Below are positions 51,146-58,008 of a DNA stretch of 64,000 bases, piece after piece (the stretch's first letter is position 1; every line of letters begins with the position of its first letter). Below the pieces are notes generated by a model. The model saw only the letters and a program-made list of their open reading frames with translations. It was not told the origin of the DNA and searched no databases. Made by a program: the position numbers and the translations under genes. Source of the stretch: a virus; the IMG/VR virus record IMGVR_UViG_3300032093_000013; one strand, given 5' to 3'.

Positions 51146-51411
51146 CAGAAGCGGGCAGCGAGCGGCGAATGACCCACCCGATTCAGCAGGCGGTCACGGG
51201 CAGCAGCGATACGGTCAGCACGTGCCTGCTCTGCAAAGCGGCGGGCGTTGGCGTCCTTATCACCGACCCATTGACGCCCCAACCCAACGACGGGGGTAAT
51301 GGTGAAGGCACGACCCGAACCAGCACTGCCATTCACGGGGCACGTGCCTTTCAGTGCGCCATCACCTTTGGCGATTTGTCCTTTGGTCTGGCGGGCGTTG
51401 GGGCGAAGCAT
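51145..51411 (-). CDS. early hypothetical protein (88 aa, GC-rich)
   Basis: MLRPNARQTKGQIAKG...; own TGcTACAAT promoter at 51435-51443. Confidence 0.65.
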   Translation of the reverse strand: MLRPNARQTKGQIAKGDGALKGTCPVNGSAGSGRAFTITPVVGLGRQWVGDKDANARRFAEQARADRIAAARDRLLNRVGHSPLAARF

Positions 51412-51451
51412 GGGGGTTGGTTGCGGTTGAGAGTATTGTAGCAGATCGGGG

Positions 51452-51640
51452 TCACCCCCACTGCGCCTGACGAACGTCGTTACGGTGTGCCTCAGCATAC
51501 TGGGCAGCGATGGTGGCAGCGGGCACTCCCCAGTGAATGTAGGGGGAAGGGCGGGAACCGTTCTTCAACTGGTCAGCGCGGGAGATCCATTTGATTTGGC
51601 GGGTCTCCAGGTCAGAGCACATGGCAAGGGGGAAACGCAT
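51452..51640 (-). CDS. early hypothetical protein (62 aa)
   Basis: MRFPLAMCSDLETRQIKW...; -10 TACACT at 51672-51677. Confidence 0.6.
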   Translation of the reverse strand: MRFPLAMCSDLETRQIKWISRADQLKNGSRPSPYIHWGVPAATIAAQYAEAHRNDVRQAQWG

Positions 51641-51716
51641 CGGTCGTCTGTCGGTTGCTTTGGTATGCCTTAGTGTAAACCCCCCACCCGCGACAGCAGG
51701 CAGGGGGTGTGCGATT

Positions 51717-51869
51717 TCAAAACTGGATTTCCTGCAGCGTGGCAGCATGGGCAAGAAAGTCAGCGATGTTCTCCTGTTCGACCTCAGCGGTCAGGGTCTC
51801 CAGAATCTCCAGGATCTGGGTGCCGTTGGCGCCACGGCGGAGCAGGGAGATGGCAAGGTCAGCGGTCAT
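51717..51869 (-). CDS. early hypothetical protein (50 aa)
   Basis: MTADLAISLLRRGANGTQILEILETL...; TGcTACAAT promoter at 51896-51904. Confidence 0.65.
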   Translation of the reverse strand: MTADLAISLLRRGANGTQILEILETLTAEVEQENIADFLAHAATLQEIQF

Positions 51870-51906
51870 GATGTCGGGGGGTGTGGGGTGAGAGTATTGT
51901 AGCAGG

Positions 51907-52068
51907 TCAGCGGGCGAACTGCGCCAGACTGCTGGGGGCAACGTGAGCAGGCGACCCACAGGACCGGTAGAAGTCTACCATACGCTCTGCCTCCTGCAGG
52001 GTGGGGAACCACTGCGAGCGCCACTCGGTGTGGTTGTAGGGGGTCTGGTAACGGACTTCGATTCTCAT
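51907..52068 (-). CDS. early hypothetical protein (53 aa)
   Basis: Manual: MRIEVRYQTPYNHTEWRSQWFPTLQEAERMVDFYRSCGSPAHVAPSSLAQFAR; -10 TAGAAT at 52092-52097. Confidence 0.7.
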   Translation of the reverse strand: MRIEVRYQTPYNHTEWRSQWFPTLQEAERMVDFYRSCGSPAHVAPSSLAQFAR

Positions 52069-52102
52069 GGGTCGGTTGCGGTTGTGAGAGAATTCTACAG
52101 GG

Positions 52103-52249
52103 TCAGCGGTCAGGGTCAGCGTTGCCGTGGGTCACCTTCACGAGTGGCACATATTCTACCGGGGAGTAGCGGGGTCCATGCATGAGCACCGCGCGGATCT
52201 GGTGACTGTTGCAACGGAGACTGTGAGTGTGGCGTTGCTGGCGGGACAT
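52103..52249 (-). CDS. early hypothetical protein (48 aa)
   Basis: Manual: MSRQQRHTHSLRCNSHQIRAVLMHGPRYSPVEYVPLVKVTHGNADPDR; TGcTACAAT at 52272-52280. Confidence 0.5.
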   Translation of the reverse strand: MSRQQRHTHSLRCNSHQIRAVLMHGPRYSPVEYVPLVKVTHGNADPDR

Positions 52250-52282
52250 CGTGACTCGGATGGGTGAGAGTATTGTAGCAGG

Positions 52283-52459
52283 TCAGGCGGCAACCAAAAC
52301 GTCGTTCTCCCAACGGGCAAAGCTCAGCACCTCATCATAGATACGGTCAGCGACCTGCTCAACGTGCTGGCGCTCTGCCTTCAGGATGGCAGCGCGGCAC
52401 TGGGCAGCAATCTCATCGATGGTATAGAGGGCGCGGTCGGTGGCGGGGTTGTAGCGCAT
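52283..52459 (-). CDS. early hypothetical protein (58 aa)
   Basis: Manual: MRYNPATDRALYTIDEIAAQCRAAILKAERQHVEQVADRIYDEVLSFARWENDVLVAA; -10 TACACT at 52484-52489. Confidence 0.7.
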   Translation of the reverse strand: MRYNPATDRALYTIDEIAAQCRAAILKAERQHVEQVADRIYDEVLSFARWENDVLVAA

Positions 52460-52538
52460 GGGTCGTTTGCGGTTGACTTGTTAAGTGTAAGGGGTCGGGT
52501 GGGGTCTCAGGGGGCAGGGTGTGCCACCTGGTGAATTG

Positions 52539-53126
52539 TCACCCCAGCAGGACGGCAGTGGGCAGGGGCAGGAACTGCAACCACTTTTGAGCAGGTTTCA
52601 CAATGCCCATTTGCGACAGAATGCAGTTATCTTCACCGATAGAAAGTTGCAACTGAGAGAAGGAATCTTTGCGACCAGAGGAAGACTTCCAAACGTTAGA
52701 TTTGGTGAGATTGGTATCAATCAAAACCATACCAAAGTTGTCGATTTGATTATCACTGAAGGTGTACTTAATCGACCACACAAGGTTAGTCTTTTTGCCA
52801 CCAAAGTGAGAGGTTTTGTTACCAGTGGCAAAGGACGATTTAGACTCGCCGCCCATCAATTTGAACTCAACAGGTTGACCTTCGATGATGTAATCATACC
52901 CGGCAACTTCCTCACGGCGACCATCAATCCCAAGGCGACGGATTCCTTCCTCAATCACCTCATTTACAATGTATTGAAAGATTTTCGTAAAGTCTGCAGT
53001 TTCCATGCCGCTATCTTTAATCTGTTGCAGAGTCTTACCATACAGGCGGAACTCTTCACTAACGTAGCGGTTGGTTTCAGTCACCACAAAAGCGGTGAGT
53101 TTCTCAAGGGTGGCGGTCAGAGTCAT
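52539..53126 (-). CDS. putative PD-(D/E)XK restriction-like endonuclease
   Basis: GYDYIIEGQPVEFK = (P)D-x8-ExK motif preceded by a helix bearing Glu; own early promoter. Confidence 0.55.
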   Translation of the reverse strand: MTLTATLEKLTAFVVTETNRYVSEEFRLYGKTLQQIKDSGMETADFTKIFQYIVNEVIEEGIRRLGIDGRREEVAGYDYIIEGQPVEFKLMGGESKSSFATGNKTSHFGGKKTNLVWSIKYTFSDNQIDNFGMVLIDTNLTKSNVWKSSSGRKDSFSQLQLSIGEDNCILSQMGIVKPAQKWLQFLPLPTAVLLG

Positions 53127-53216
53127 CAGGGGGAATGCTGTGGAGGGTCGTTTCCCCTCCGATGCCCTTAGTATAGGGTATCGGTGCGGGCACCCTGGTG
53201 GGGTTGTGCCACCTAT

Positions 53217-54113
53217 TCAACTGGCACACTGAAAGCGACCGCTGTTGAAATTATGATAGGAGAATGCCTCACGATTCACCAACTTAAACATACCAAACTC
53301 ATTGGTGAGTACGTAACCTTCGGAGTCGATTCTCTCCTGCCCGATGTAAGCGGCAGGACCATCATTGCGGCACAGATAGAGACAATCTGCCTTGATAGAT
53401 TTCACCAGTGCCCACAACCCCAGCAGGTTAGGATCGCAGTCGAATTCACTATTCACAACAGGACGATTCTCACGGATGCAAGCATTCAGTTGCTGCTTAA
53501 TCTTTGCCGCTTCTTTATCAGTTGCAAAGGTCACAACAGTTGCCATTTGACGGGCAAACTTGCAGACTTCCTCTACATCAGCGAAGGACGTTTGACCGTG
53601 CTGAATGTATGCTTGAGGTTGCACGAACTTCACCGTCTCAGTATCATTCCAGATGCTACGATCGGGGAATGCTTGAGCGTCACGAAGATCGCTCTCAGCA
53701 TAATAGCAAGTGTGCGGTGCAATGATAATTTGCTGAGAAACTACCTCAGGAAACTTGTAAGTGATCGTGTTGGGAGTATACTCATCACTACCACCAAACC
53801 CAATAAAATCACCTTGGTAGATAGTATCGAAGCGAGGCAGATAATCAAAGCAAGCGTGAAGAATACGCGCAACTTCACCCTGATAGAATGAATCAATTTC
53901 TTCATGATTGTGAGCAATACGAATCTTTTTCTTGTTAAAGACTGCTTTGGTTCCTACAAAGAACTCACCATTGGCAGGATTCACACCCCAGACAATCGCA
54001 GGGGCGCCATCAATCTTGACGCTCAAGTTGCCAGGATTCACGAACCAATCCAGGGCAGAAAGGTCACCCGTGAGAATAGAATCTTCGGGGTGCTCAAGGT
54101 GGGTGTTTTTCAT
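53217..54113 (-). CDS. RNA-ligase-like nucleotidyltransferase (DUF6267-type)
   Basis: Motif I SVKIDG, YQGDF, motif IV SEGYVL, motif V FKLVNR. Confidence 0.65.
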   Translation of the reverse strand: MKNTHLEHPEDSILTGDLSALDWFVNPGNLSVKIDGAPAIVWGVNPANGEFFVGTKAVFNKKKIRIAHNHEEIDSFYQGEVARILHACFDYLPRFDTIYQGDFIGFGGSDEYTPNTITYKFPEVVSQQIIIAPHTCYYAESDLRDAQAFPDRSIWNDTETVKFVQPQAYIQHGQTSFADVEEVCKFARQMATVVTFATDKEAAKIKQQLNACIRENRPVVNSEFDCDPNLLGLWALVKSIKADCLYLCRNDGPAAYIGQERIDSEGYVLTNEFGMFKLVNREAFSYHNFNSGRFQCAS

Positions 54114-54119
54114 GCTTTT

Positions 54120-54180
54120 AGTATTGCAGGGATTGGTGCCGATTGCAAGGGGGTGTGTGCCACTCTCTCAACTGGCACAC
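54120..54180 (-). promoter_or_regulatory. early promoter TTGCAA-17-AATACT with upstream inverted repeat
   Basis: GTGTGCCAGTTGAGAGAGTGGCACAC ends close to the -35; the -10 is only 6 nt from the ATG. Confidence 0.75.
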
Positions 54181-54231
54181 GAGCAGCCGACTTGAGTATA
54201 AAAAAAGGGGAGCATATTGCCCCCCGATTCT

Positions 54232-54579
54232 TTATGCAAACATGAAACCATTGCTGAAATCGTATTCATTGTAGACAGGAGAAGTTCCTGCCTGCCCGAT
54301 GAACTTGTGGACGAACCACTTAAAGTTCTTTTGAAACACACATTCACCCTTGATTCCATGCTCTTGAAGAATCGCATTCAGGCGGGATTTGGTGGTCACA
54401 GACTGCCATCCACCGTCAAAGATTTGCACGAAGTTGTCACCAATGGTAGCAATGTGATTGCCGAAAAGAAACACTTTCGACTCGTTAGTTTCAGCGTCAA
54501 AGGTAACCTCAGTGTTGCCAGACTTCCAATTGCGGGAGTCACGAATGGCAGCATTCATCTGGGATTCAATCTTACGCAT
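54232..54579 (-). CDS. conserved cyanophage early protein
   Basis: MRKIESQM..AI, TTKSRLNAIL motifs; own promoter at 54606-54666. Confidence 0.8.
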   Translation of the reverse strand: MRKIESQMNAAIRDSRNWKSGNTEVTFDAETNESKVFLFGNHIATIGDNFVQIFDGGWQSVTTKSRLNAILQEHGIKGECVFQKNFKWFVHKFIGQAGTSPVYNEYDFSNGFMFA

Positions 54580-54649
54580 TTGGGGGTTTCCCTCTCAACA
54601 AATGTAGTATGGACCAGATCGGGGGGACTTGCAACCCCCCTTGTGCCAC

Positions 54650-54865
54650 TTACTGAACTGTCACACTCTCAATCAATTCTTCGACAACATCCTCATCATA
54701 AACATAGGCAATCTCACCGAGCACATCTTCTTCAGATTTACCTGCCAAACTCTCAACAAGCGTATCGTACACAAATTGCATCAAACATTTGGTGTCCATC
54801 TCATCAACAATACGCTCAGCGTAGTTTTCAATCAGTTGGTCAAGTTGTTGGGTAGTAAGGGTCAT
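54650..54865 (-). CDS. acidic early hypothetical protein (71 aa)
   Basis: MTLTTQQLDQLIENYAERIVDEMD... Confidence 0.7.
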   Translation of the reverse strand: MTLTTQQLDQLIENYAERIVDEMDTKCLMQFVYDTLVESLAGKSEEDVLGEIAYVYDEDVVEELIESVTVQ

Positions 54866-54866
54866 T

Positions 54867-55016
54867 TCAGAACTCATCAAGACAGTGACGGGAAGTTTGA
54901 TTCAGACGAATGAGAATGTCATTCCAAAACTCTTTATCCTCATCATCATTGTATTGGTTGTTATCTTCAACCAAACGAATCAGATTGTTAAGATCGTCGG
55001 GAGTGAGATAGTTCAT
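54867..55016 (-). CDS. acidic microprotein (49 aa)
   Basis: Manual: MNYLTPDDLNNLIRLVEDNNQYNDDEDKEFWNDILIRLNQTSRHCLDEF. Confidence 0.65.
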   Translation of the reverse strand: MNYLTPDDLNNLIRLVEDNNQYNDDEDKEFWNDILIRLNQTSRHCLDEF

Positions 55017-55141
55017 CAGTAATCGTAGTTTGCGTTCAGGTACTCATTCACATCGAACTTCTCATCACGAAGTTCGGGAATGTCAAGGTCAAAGATTTCA
55101 CCAGGAGCATCTTGAATCTCAGACCAGAGTTCGTCAAACAT
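55016..55141 (-). CDS. acidic microprotein (41 aa)
   Basis: Manual: MFDELWSEIQDAPGEIFDLDIPELRDEKFDVNEYLNANYDY; own promoter at 55166-55225. Confidence 0.7.
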   Translation of the reverse strand: MFDELWSEIQDAPGEIFDLDIPELRDEKFDVNEYLNANYDY

Positions 55142-55232
55142 GGTTTGTCTCTCAGGGACGAATGTAATGTATCAGGGATCCTGGCGCACCACAACCCCCT
55201 GTGTGCCACTCTCTCAACTGGCACAAGGTTTC

Positions 55233-55367
55233 TTATACAAACTCCGCGAGATAGTAATCTAAAGGCAACTCAAGTTCTGCTGCTTTAGATTCCCATTCAT
55301 CCCATTCTTCCTGAGAAGCATCATTGAAGAAATCCTCACGAGAATATTCAAAAACAGGACCACACAT
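55233..55367 (-). CDS. acidic microprotein (44 aa)
   Basis: Manual: MCGPVFEYSREDFFNDASQEEWDEWESKAAELELPLDYYLAEFV; promoter TTGATA-17-TACATT. Confidence 0.7.
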   Translation of the reverse strand: MCGPVFEYSREDFFNDASQEEWDEWESKAAELELPLDYYLAEFV

Positions 55368-55452
55368 TCGAATTAATTGCGACAACGAAGGTAATGTAAA
55401 CCATCACGTGGCAGATATCAACCCCTACTGTGCCAGATTCTCAACTGTCCTC

Positions 55453-55482
55453 ATTCTCAATAACGAGGACCTTATTGAGAAT
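55453..55482. repeat. 11-8-11 inverted repeat site A
   Basis: ATTCTCAATAA-CGAGGACC-TTATTGAGAAT. Confidence 0.85.
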
Positions 55483-55506
55483 AGGTCCAATCTTTAAACT
55501 GCCACA

Positions 55507-55656
55507 TTACTTGAATGGATCGAGATGCATGATGGTAGAATGCACAGTCTCATCACCTTCGAGCTGCAATATTTCTGCCCATTCATATACATCTAGATCT
55601 AGATCATCATAACACTCTACATCTAGAATGATACGAACGTGTTGCTTATTATGCAT
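55507..55656 (-). CDS. acidic microprotein (49 aa)
   Basis: Manual: MHNKQHVRIILDVECYDDLDLDVYEWAEILQLEGDETVHSTIMHLDPFK. Confidence 0.6.
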   Translation of the reverse strand: MHNKQHVRIILDVECYDDLDLDVYEWAEILQLEGDETVHSTIMHLDPFK

Positions 55657-55789
55657 AATGACGATATGCTAGATCTTGATAATCATGCGAATCTCGTGCA
55701 TAATCATCATCTAGATCTAGTGTATAGTTCTCATCTAGATCTACATAATCATTCGTATACGTATAGTCGAAATCGTAATCGTCGTACAT
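55649..55789 (-). CDS. Asp/Tyr-rich microprotein (46 aa)
   Basis: MYDDYDFDYTYTNDYVDLDENYTLDLDDDYARDSHDYQDLAYRHYA; promoter TTGCAA-18-TACAAT upstream. Confidence 0.6.
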   Translation of the reverse strand: MYDDYDFDYTYTNDYVDLDENYTLDLDDDYARDSHDYQDLAYRHYA

Positions 55790-55792
55790 GAG

Positions 55793-55996
55793 CTCGTCGA
55801 GATTGTGTGATGTGACTTGTATATTGTAGCATAAGGCTCGTCGAGATTGCAATAGGTGTGTGCAGATCTCGACGAGATTCATACGATAATATATATGAAT
55901 CTAGAGCGTTCTAGACGAGTTCTGATGTGGATCTCGTAACAGAATGTCTCGACGAGATTCTATCATGCTTCTAGAAGAATGTCAAGTCTCGTCGAG
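55793..55996. repeat. array of five CTCGWCGAG palindromes
   Basis: Copies at 55793, 55837, 55868, 55948, 55988, plus degenerate CTAGACGAG at 55911. Confidence 0.85.
55957..55985 (-). promoter_or_regulatory. consensus sigma70 promoter
   Basis: TTGACA-17-TAGAAT with extended TG. Confidence 0.85.
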
Positions 55997-56034
55997 TTCT
56001 TGTGAGGGTCTGGGGATTTTTATGGGGGCGGGGG

Positions 56035-56063
56035 TTGACAAACTGCTCTTCTTATGATACGCT
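56035..56063 (+). promoter_or_regulatory. divergent sigma70 promoter with no downstream ORF
   Basis: TTGACA-17-TACGCT with extended TG. Confidence 0.65.
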
Positions 56064-56084
56064 CGCTAAGGTCACAAGTCCTGG

Positions 56085-56140
56085 AGGCATTAAACAAGAC
56101 TCAAAGGCATTAAACAAGACTCAGAGGCATTTATAAGACT
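56085..56140. repeat. 20-bp tandem repeat AGGCATTAAACAAGACTCA(A/G), about 3 copies
   Basis: Units at 56085, 56105, 56125 (last one degenerate). Confidence 0.85.
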
Positions 56141-56186
56141 TATAATCCTCTACATTTATTCTATTCTCAACAATAATACTCAATTG

Positions 56187-56216
56187 ATTCTCAATAATAT
56201 TCATCTTATTGAGAAT
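56187..56216. repeat. 11-8-11 inverted repeat site B
   Basis: ATTCTCAATAA-TATTCATC-TTATTGAGAAT; arms identical to site A. Confidence 0.85.
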
Positions 56217-56276
56217 GTTACAACAAACACATTTATATTTTTTAATACCTTTTTTAATTAAATTTAAGTTAAAACA

Positions 56277-56426
56277 CTATAAAACTGGCATAATCTCAGT
56301 ATTTTGGCATCCTTGAGTCTTTACATACTTCTCCCAATGAGTAGCATCTTCAATCGTATAGAAAACTGCGGTTTGCTTTGAGAATGCTTTCTTTTTGGGT
56401 TTCAGGTAGATGACTTGATACTTCAT
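56277..56426 (-). CDS. hypothetical protein (49 aa)
   Basis: Manual: MKYQVIYLKPKKKAFSKQTAVFYTIEDATHWEKYVKTQGCQNTEIMPVL. Confidence 0.65.
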   Translation of the reverse strand: MKYQVIYLKPKKKAFSKQTAVFYTIEDATHWEKYVKTQGCQNTEIMPVL

Positions 56427-56622
56427 AATAATACAAATTAATAGTTGGTCCGTCGTTCCAATGTCTTATGACCCCTGCGATAATGAATAGATTAGTAAGA
56501 AGATAAGTACCGAATATAACAGTCCGTATATGAGCAACGTGGTCTGATTCTCTGTCATTTTTACTTGCTTTCTCCCCAATCGCTTTTGCCCAGTATCTCC
56601 ACAGTGTTTTTCTTTTCTTCAT
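56350..56622 (-). CDS. hypothetical membrane protein
   Basis: WRYWAKAIGEKA...hydrophobic TVIFGTYLLTNLFIIAGVI...RHW. Confidence 0.65.
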   Translation of the reverse strand: MKKRKTLWRYWAKAIGEKASKNDRESDHVAHIRTVIFGTYLLTNLFIIAGVIRHWNDGPTINLYYYEVSSHLPETQKESILKANRSFLYD

Positions 56623-56845
56623 AGATAGACTCTCTTGATTTGATATAAGTCAGTTCTTTCCATTGATTATGATAACACAGGACCATCAAACGATCATTGC
56701 GATGAATGGAACATGCCTCATAGTTCTCTTCATTTTTTGGTTTGACCCCTATCTCAATCGTAATGTAGTCATTGTCCTTGAAATAGACCCATCCTTCAAT
56801 ATGAGGTTTCCACTTTACATAATGATTAACTTGTGGTTCATACAT
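56561..56845 (-). CDS. hypothetical protein
   Basis: YEPQVNHYVKW..EGWVYF...YITIEIG. Confidence 0.7.
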   Translation of the reverse strand: MYEPQVNHYVKWKPHIEGWVYFKDNDYITIEIGVKPKNEENYEACSIHRNDRLMVLCYHNQWKELTYIKSRESIYEEKKNTVEILGKSDWGESK

Positions 56846-57122
56846 ATGCCGCTTCTAATGGAGTTTGCTTGGGAACCATTGCCGAATAAGGTGATGTTCG
56901 TTCTATACTAACAGCGTTCCCGATCTTTCCTGAGTTGATGGGGGAGTAATAGGTTCTGGTTTTGGTATTATAGAATCCCCAAATACAACGAACGGCATCA
57001 CCCAGATTGTAATCAAACCTACAATCGTAATGAATCCAGATAGCAATAACATTGCGTTTAAACTCTGTCTGCTCATAATACATTCCTTTCGGTGCTTGGT
57101 GTGGAAATTCAATCGTTGTCAT
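56838..57122 (-). CDS. hypothetical protein (94 aa)
   Basis: MTTIEFPHQAPKG...IWGFY...TSPYSAM; start reassigned. Confidence 0.7.
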   Translation of the reverse strand: MTTIEFPHQAPKGMYYEQTEFKRNVIAIWIHYDCRFDYNLGDAVRCIWGFYNTKTRTYYSPINSGKIGNAVSIERTSPYSAMVPKQTPLEAAYV

Positions 57123-57273
57123 AAACAGCACGAAGACGATTGGGGGGATAACCTGCAGACAAATAATTGTTAAGGAGTAGGTCACACTGCTCCTTTGTTA
57201 ATTGCCTTGCATCCTCTTCAATCAATTCCCATCCGGTGGTTGTCAATTCTAAAATGCGATAAAGTTGTGTCAC
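57109..57273 (-). CDS. hypothetical protein (54 aa, GTG start)
   Basis: Manual: (M)TQLYRILELTTTGWELIEEDARQLTKEQCDLLLNNYLSAGYPPNRLRAVYDND; GTGA coupling. Confidence 0.6.
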   Translation of the reverse strand: MTQLYRILELTTTGWELIEEDARQLTKEQCDLLLNNYLSAGYPPNRLRAVYDND

Positions 57274-57500
57274 GTCGTAAATGCCTCCAGAATACCAGAT
57301 TCATAATCATCTTGAAGTATGAATTTTTGAGCATTCACAACTCTTTCCATAATTCGATCCGTATAGCGATCGTCGAAGGATTCTTCATTCGCAAGAATCT
57401 CAAATGCTTCCGTATCAGATTCGGCAATCAAGTTAATCAGACCGCCATACTCACTGGAAGGAAAAGGAACCCAGTAATCGACAATATAAAGAGATTTCAT
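57270..57500 (-). CDS. hypothetical protein
   Basis: YIVDYWVPFPSSEYGG motif; upstream TTGACA-17-TAAAAT promoter. Confidence 0.75.
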   Translation of the reverse strand: MKSLYIVDYWVPFPSSEYGGLINLIAESDTEAFEILANEESFDDRYTDRIMERVVNAQKFILQDDYESGILEAFTT

Positions 57501-57513
57501 TGTTATGTGTAAA

Positions 57514-57693
57514 TTACTCCTCTATTTTAGTGTATTTGCTGTATCCTGTCAAGTTACAAAGTTGTCGCTCAATCTCAAACCTGATGGGAAACAAATGTGA
57601 TGAGAAGAATCCAGCATACTGCCCATCCTTGAGAAGATTGTAAATGTTCTCAACCTGCATCTGTGCCAGAATCAATTTTGTCTTTTCATCCAT
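57514..57693 (-). CDS. hypothetical protein (59 aa)
   Basis: Manual: MDEKTKLILAQMQVENIYNLLKDGQYAGFFSSHLFPIRFEIERQLCNLTGYSKYTKIEE. Confidence 0.6.
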   Translation of the reverse strand: MDEKTKLILAQMQVENIYNLLKDGQYAGFFSSHLFPIRFEIERQLCNLTGYSKYTKIEE

Positions 57694-57875
57694 TACACAA
57701 ACTCCGAAATGTAGTAGTCTACGGTGACTTCCAGTTCTGCTGCTTTTTGCTCATAGAAGTTGTCAGTGTATTGTTTGGCAGAAACCCATGCTTCATGATT
57801 AAACTCTTCAACCTCAGCGTGTTTCATAAAGTCCTCAAATGCAGACATAAATTGTCGAATATCTTCATCGTTCAT
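57693..57875 (-). CDS. acidic protein (60 aa) sharing a C-terminal module with 55233-55367
   Basis: MNDEDIRQF...EQKAAELEVTVDYYISEFV. Confidence 0.7.
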   Translation of the reverse strand: MNDEDIRQFMSAFEDFMKHAEVEEFNHEAWVSAKQYTDNFYEQKAAELEVTVDYYISEFV

Positions 57876-58008
57876 TGGTACATCCAATCGTTTGGCAATA
57901 ATAGGACTCATACAACTTTTGGTCACGTTGTATGAGAAAGGCATTGTATCCAAAGAAAGCAATCAGAAACACAACACCAACAAAAACATATTTGGGTGAA
58001 AGATTCAT
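57865..58008 (-). CDS. small membrane protein (47 aa)
   Basis: Manual: MNLSPKYVFVGVVFLIAFFGYNAFLIQRDQKLYESYYCQTIGCTNER. Confidence 0.6.
   Translation of the reverse strand: MNLSPKYVFVGVVFLIAFFGYNAFLIQRDQKLYESYYCQTIGCTNER

Noticed and set aside
50940-52520. tRNA genes or an IS/transposon explaining the GC-rich segment
   Set aside because: No cloverleaf or T-loop GTTCGA context, transposase or terminal repeats were recognised; the segment is tiled by small ORFs with phage-type promoters
54143-54162. TGGCAC...TTGCA resembling a sigma54 -24/-12 promoter (also at 54629-54648)
   Set aside because: Spacing is 8 bp rather than 5, the TTGCAA fits a sigma70 -35 with a 17-bp spacer, and cyanobacteria lack sigma54
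55590-55745. Cluster of TCTAGA palindromes
   Set aside because: Largely explained by CTA-GAT (Leu-Asp) codons in two acidic ORFs, and TCTAGA is common throughout the window; at most weak support for the palindrome-rich locus
56085-56140. Possible mini-CRISPR array
   Set aside because: Units are directly tandem with no unique spacers, and no cas genes are present
56163-56216. Fur box (TGAGAAT-n-ATTCTCA)
   Set aside because: The half-sites are in the opposite orientation and much further apart than the 7-1-7 Fur arrangement; not fully excluded as a non-canonical site
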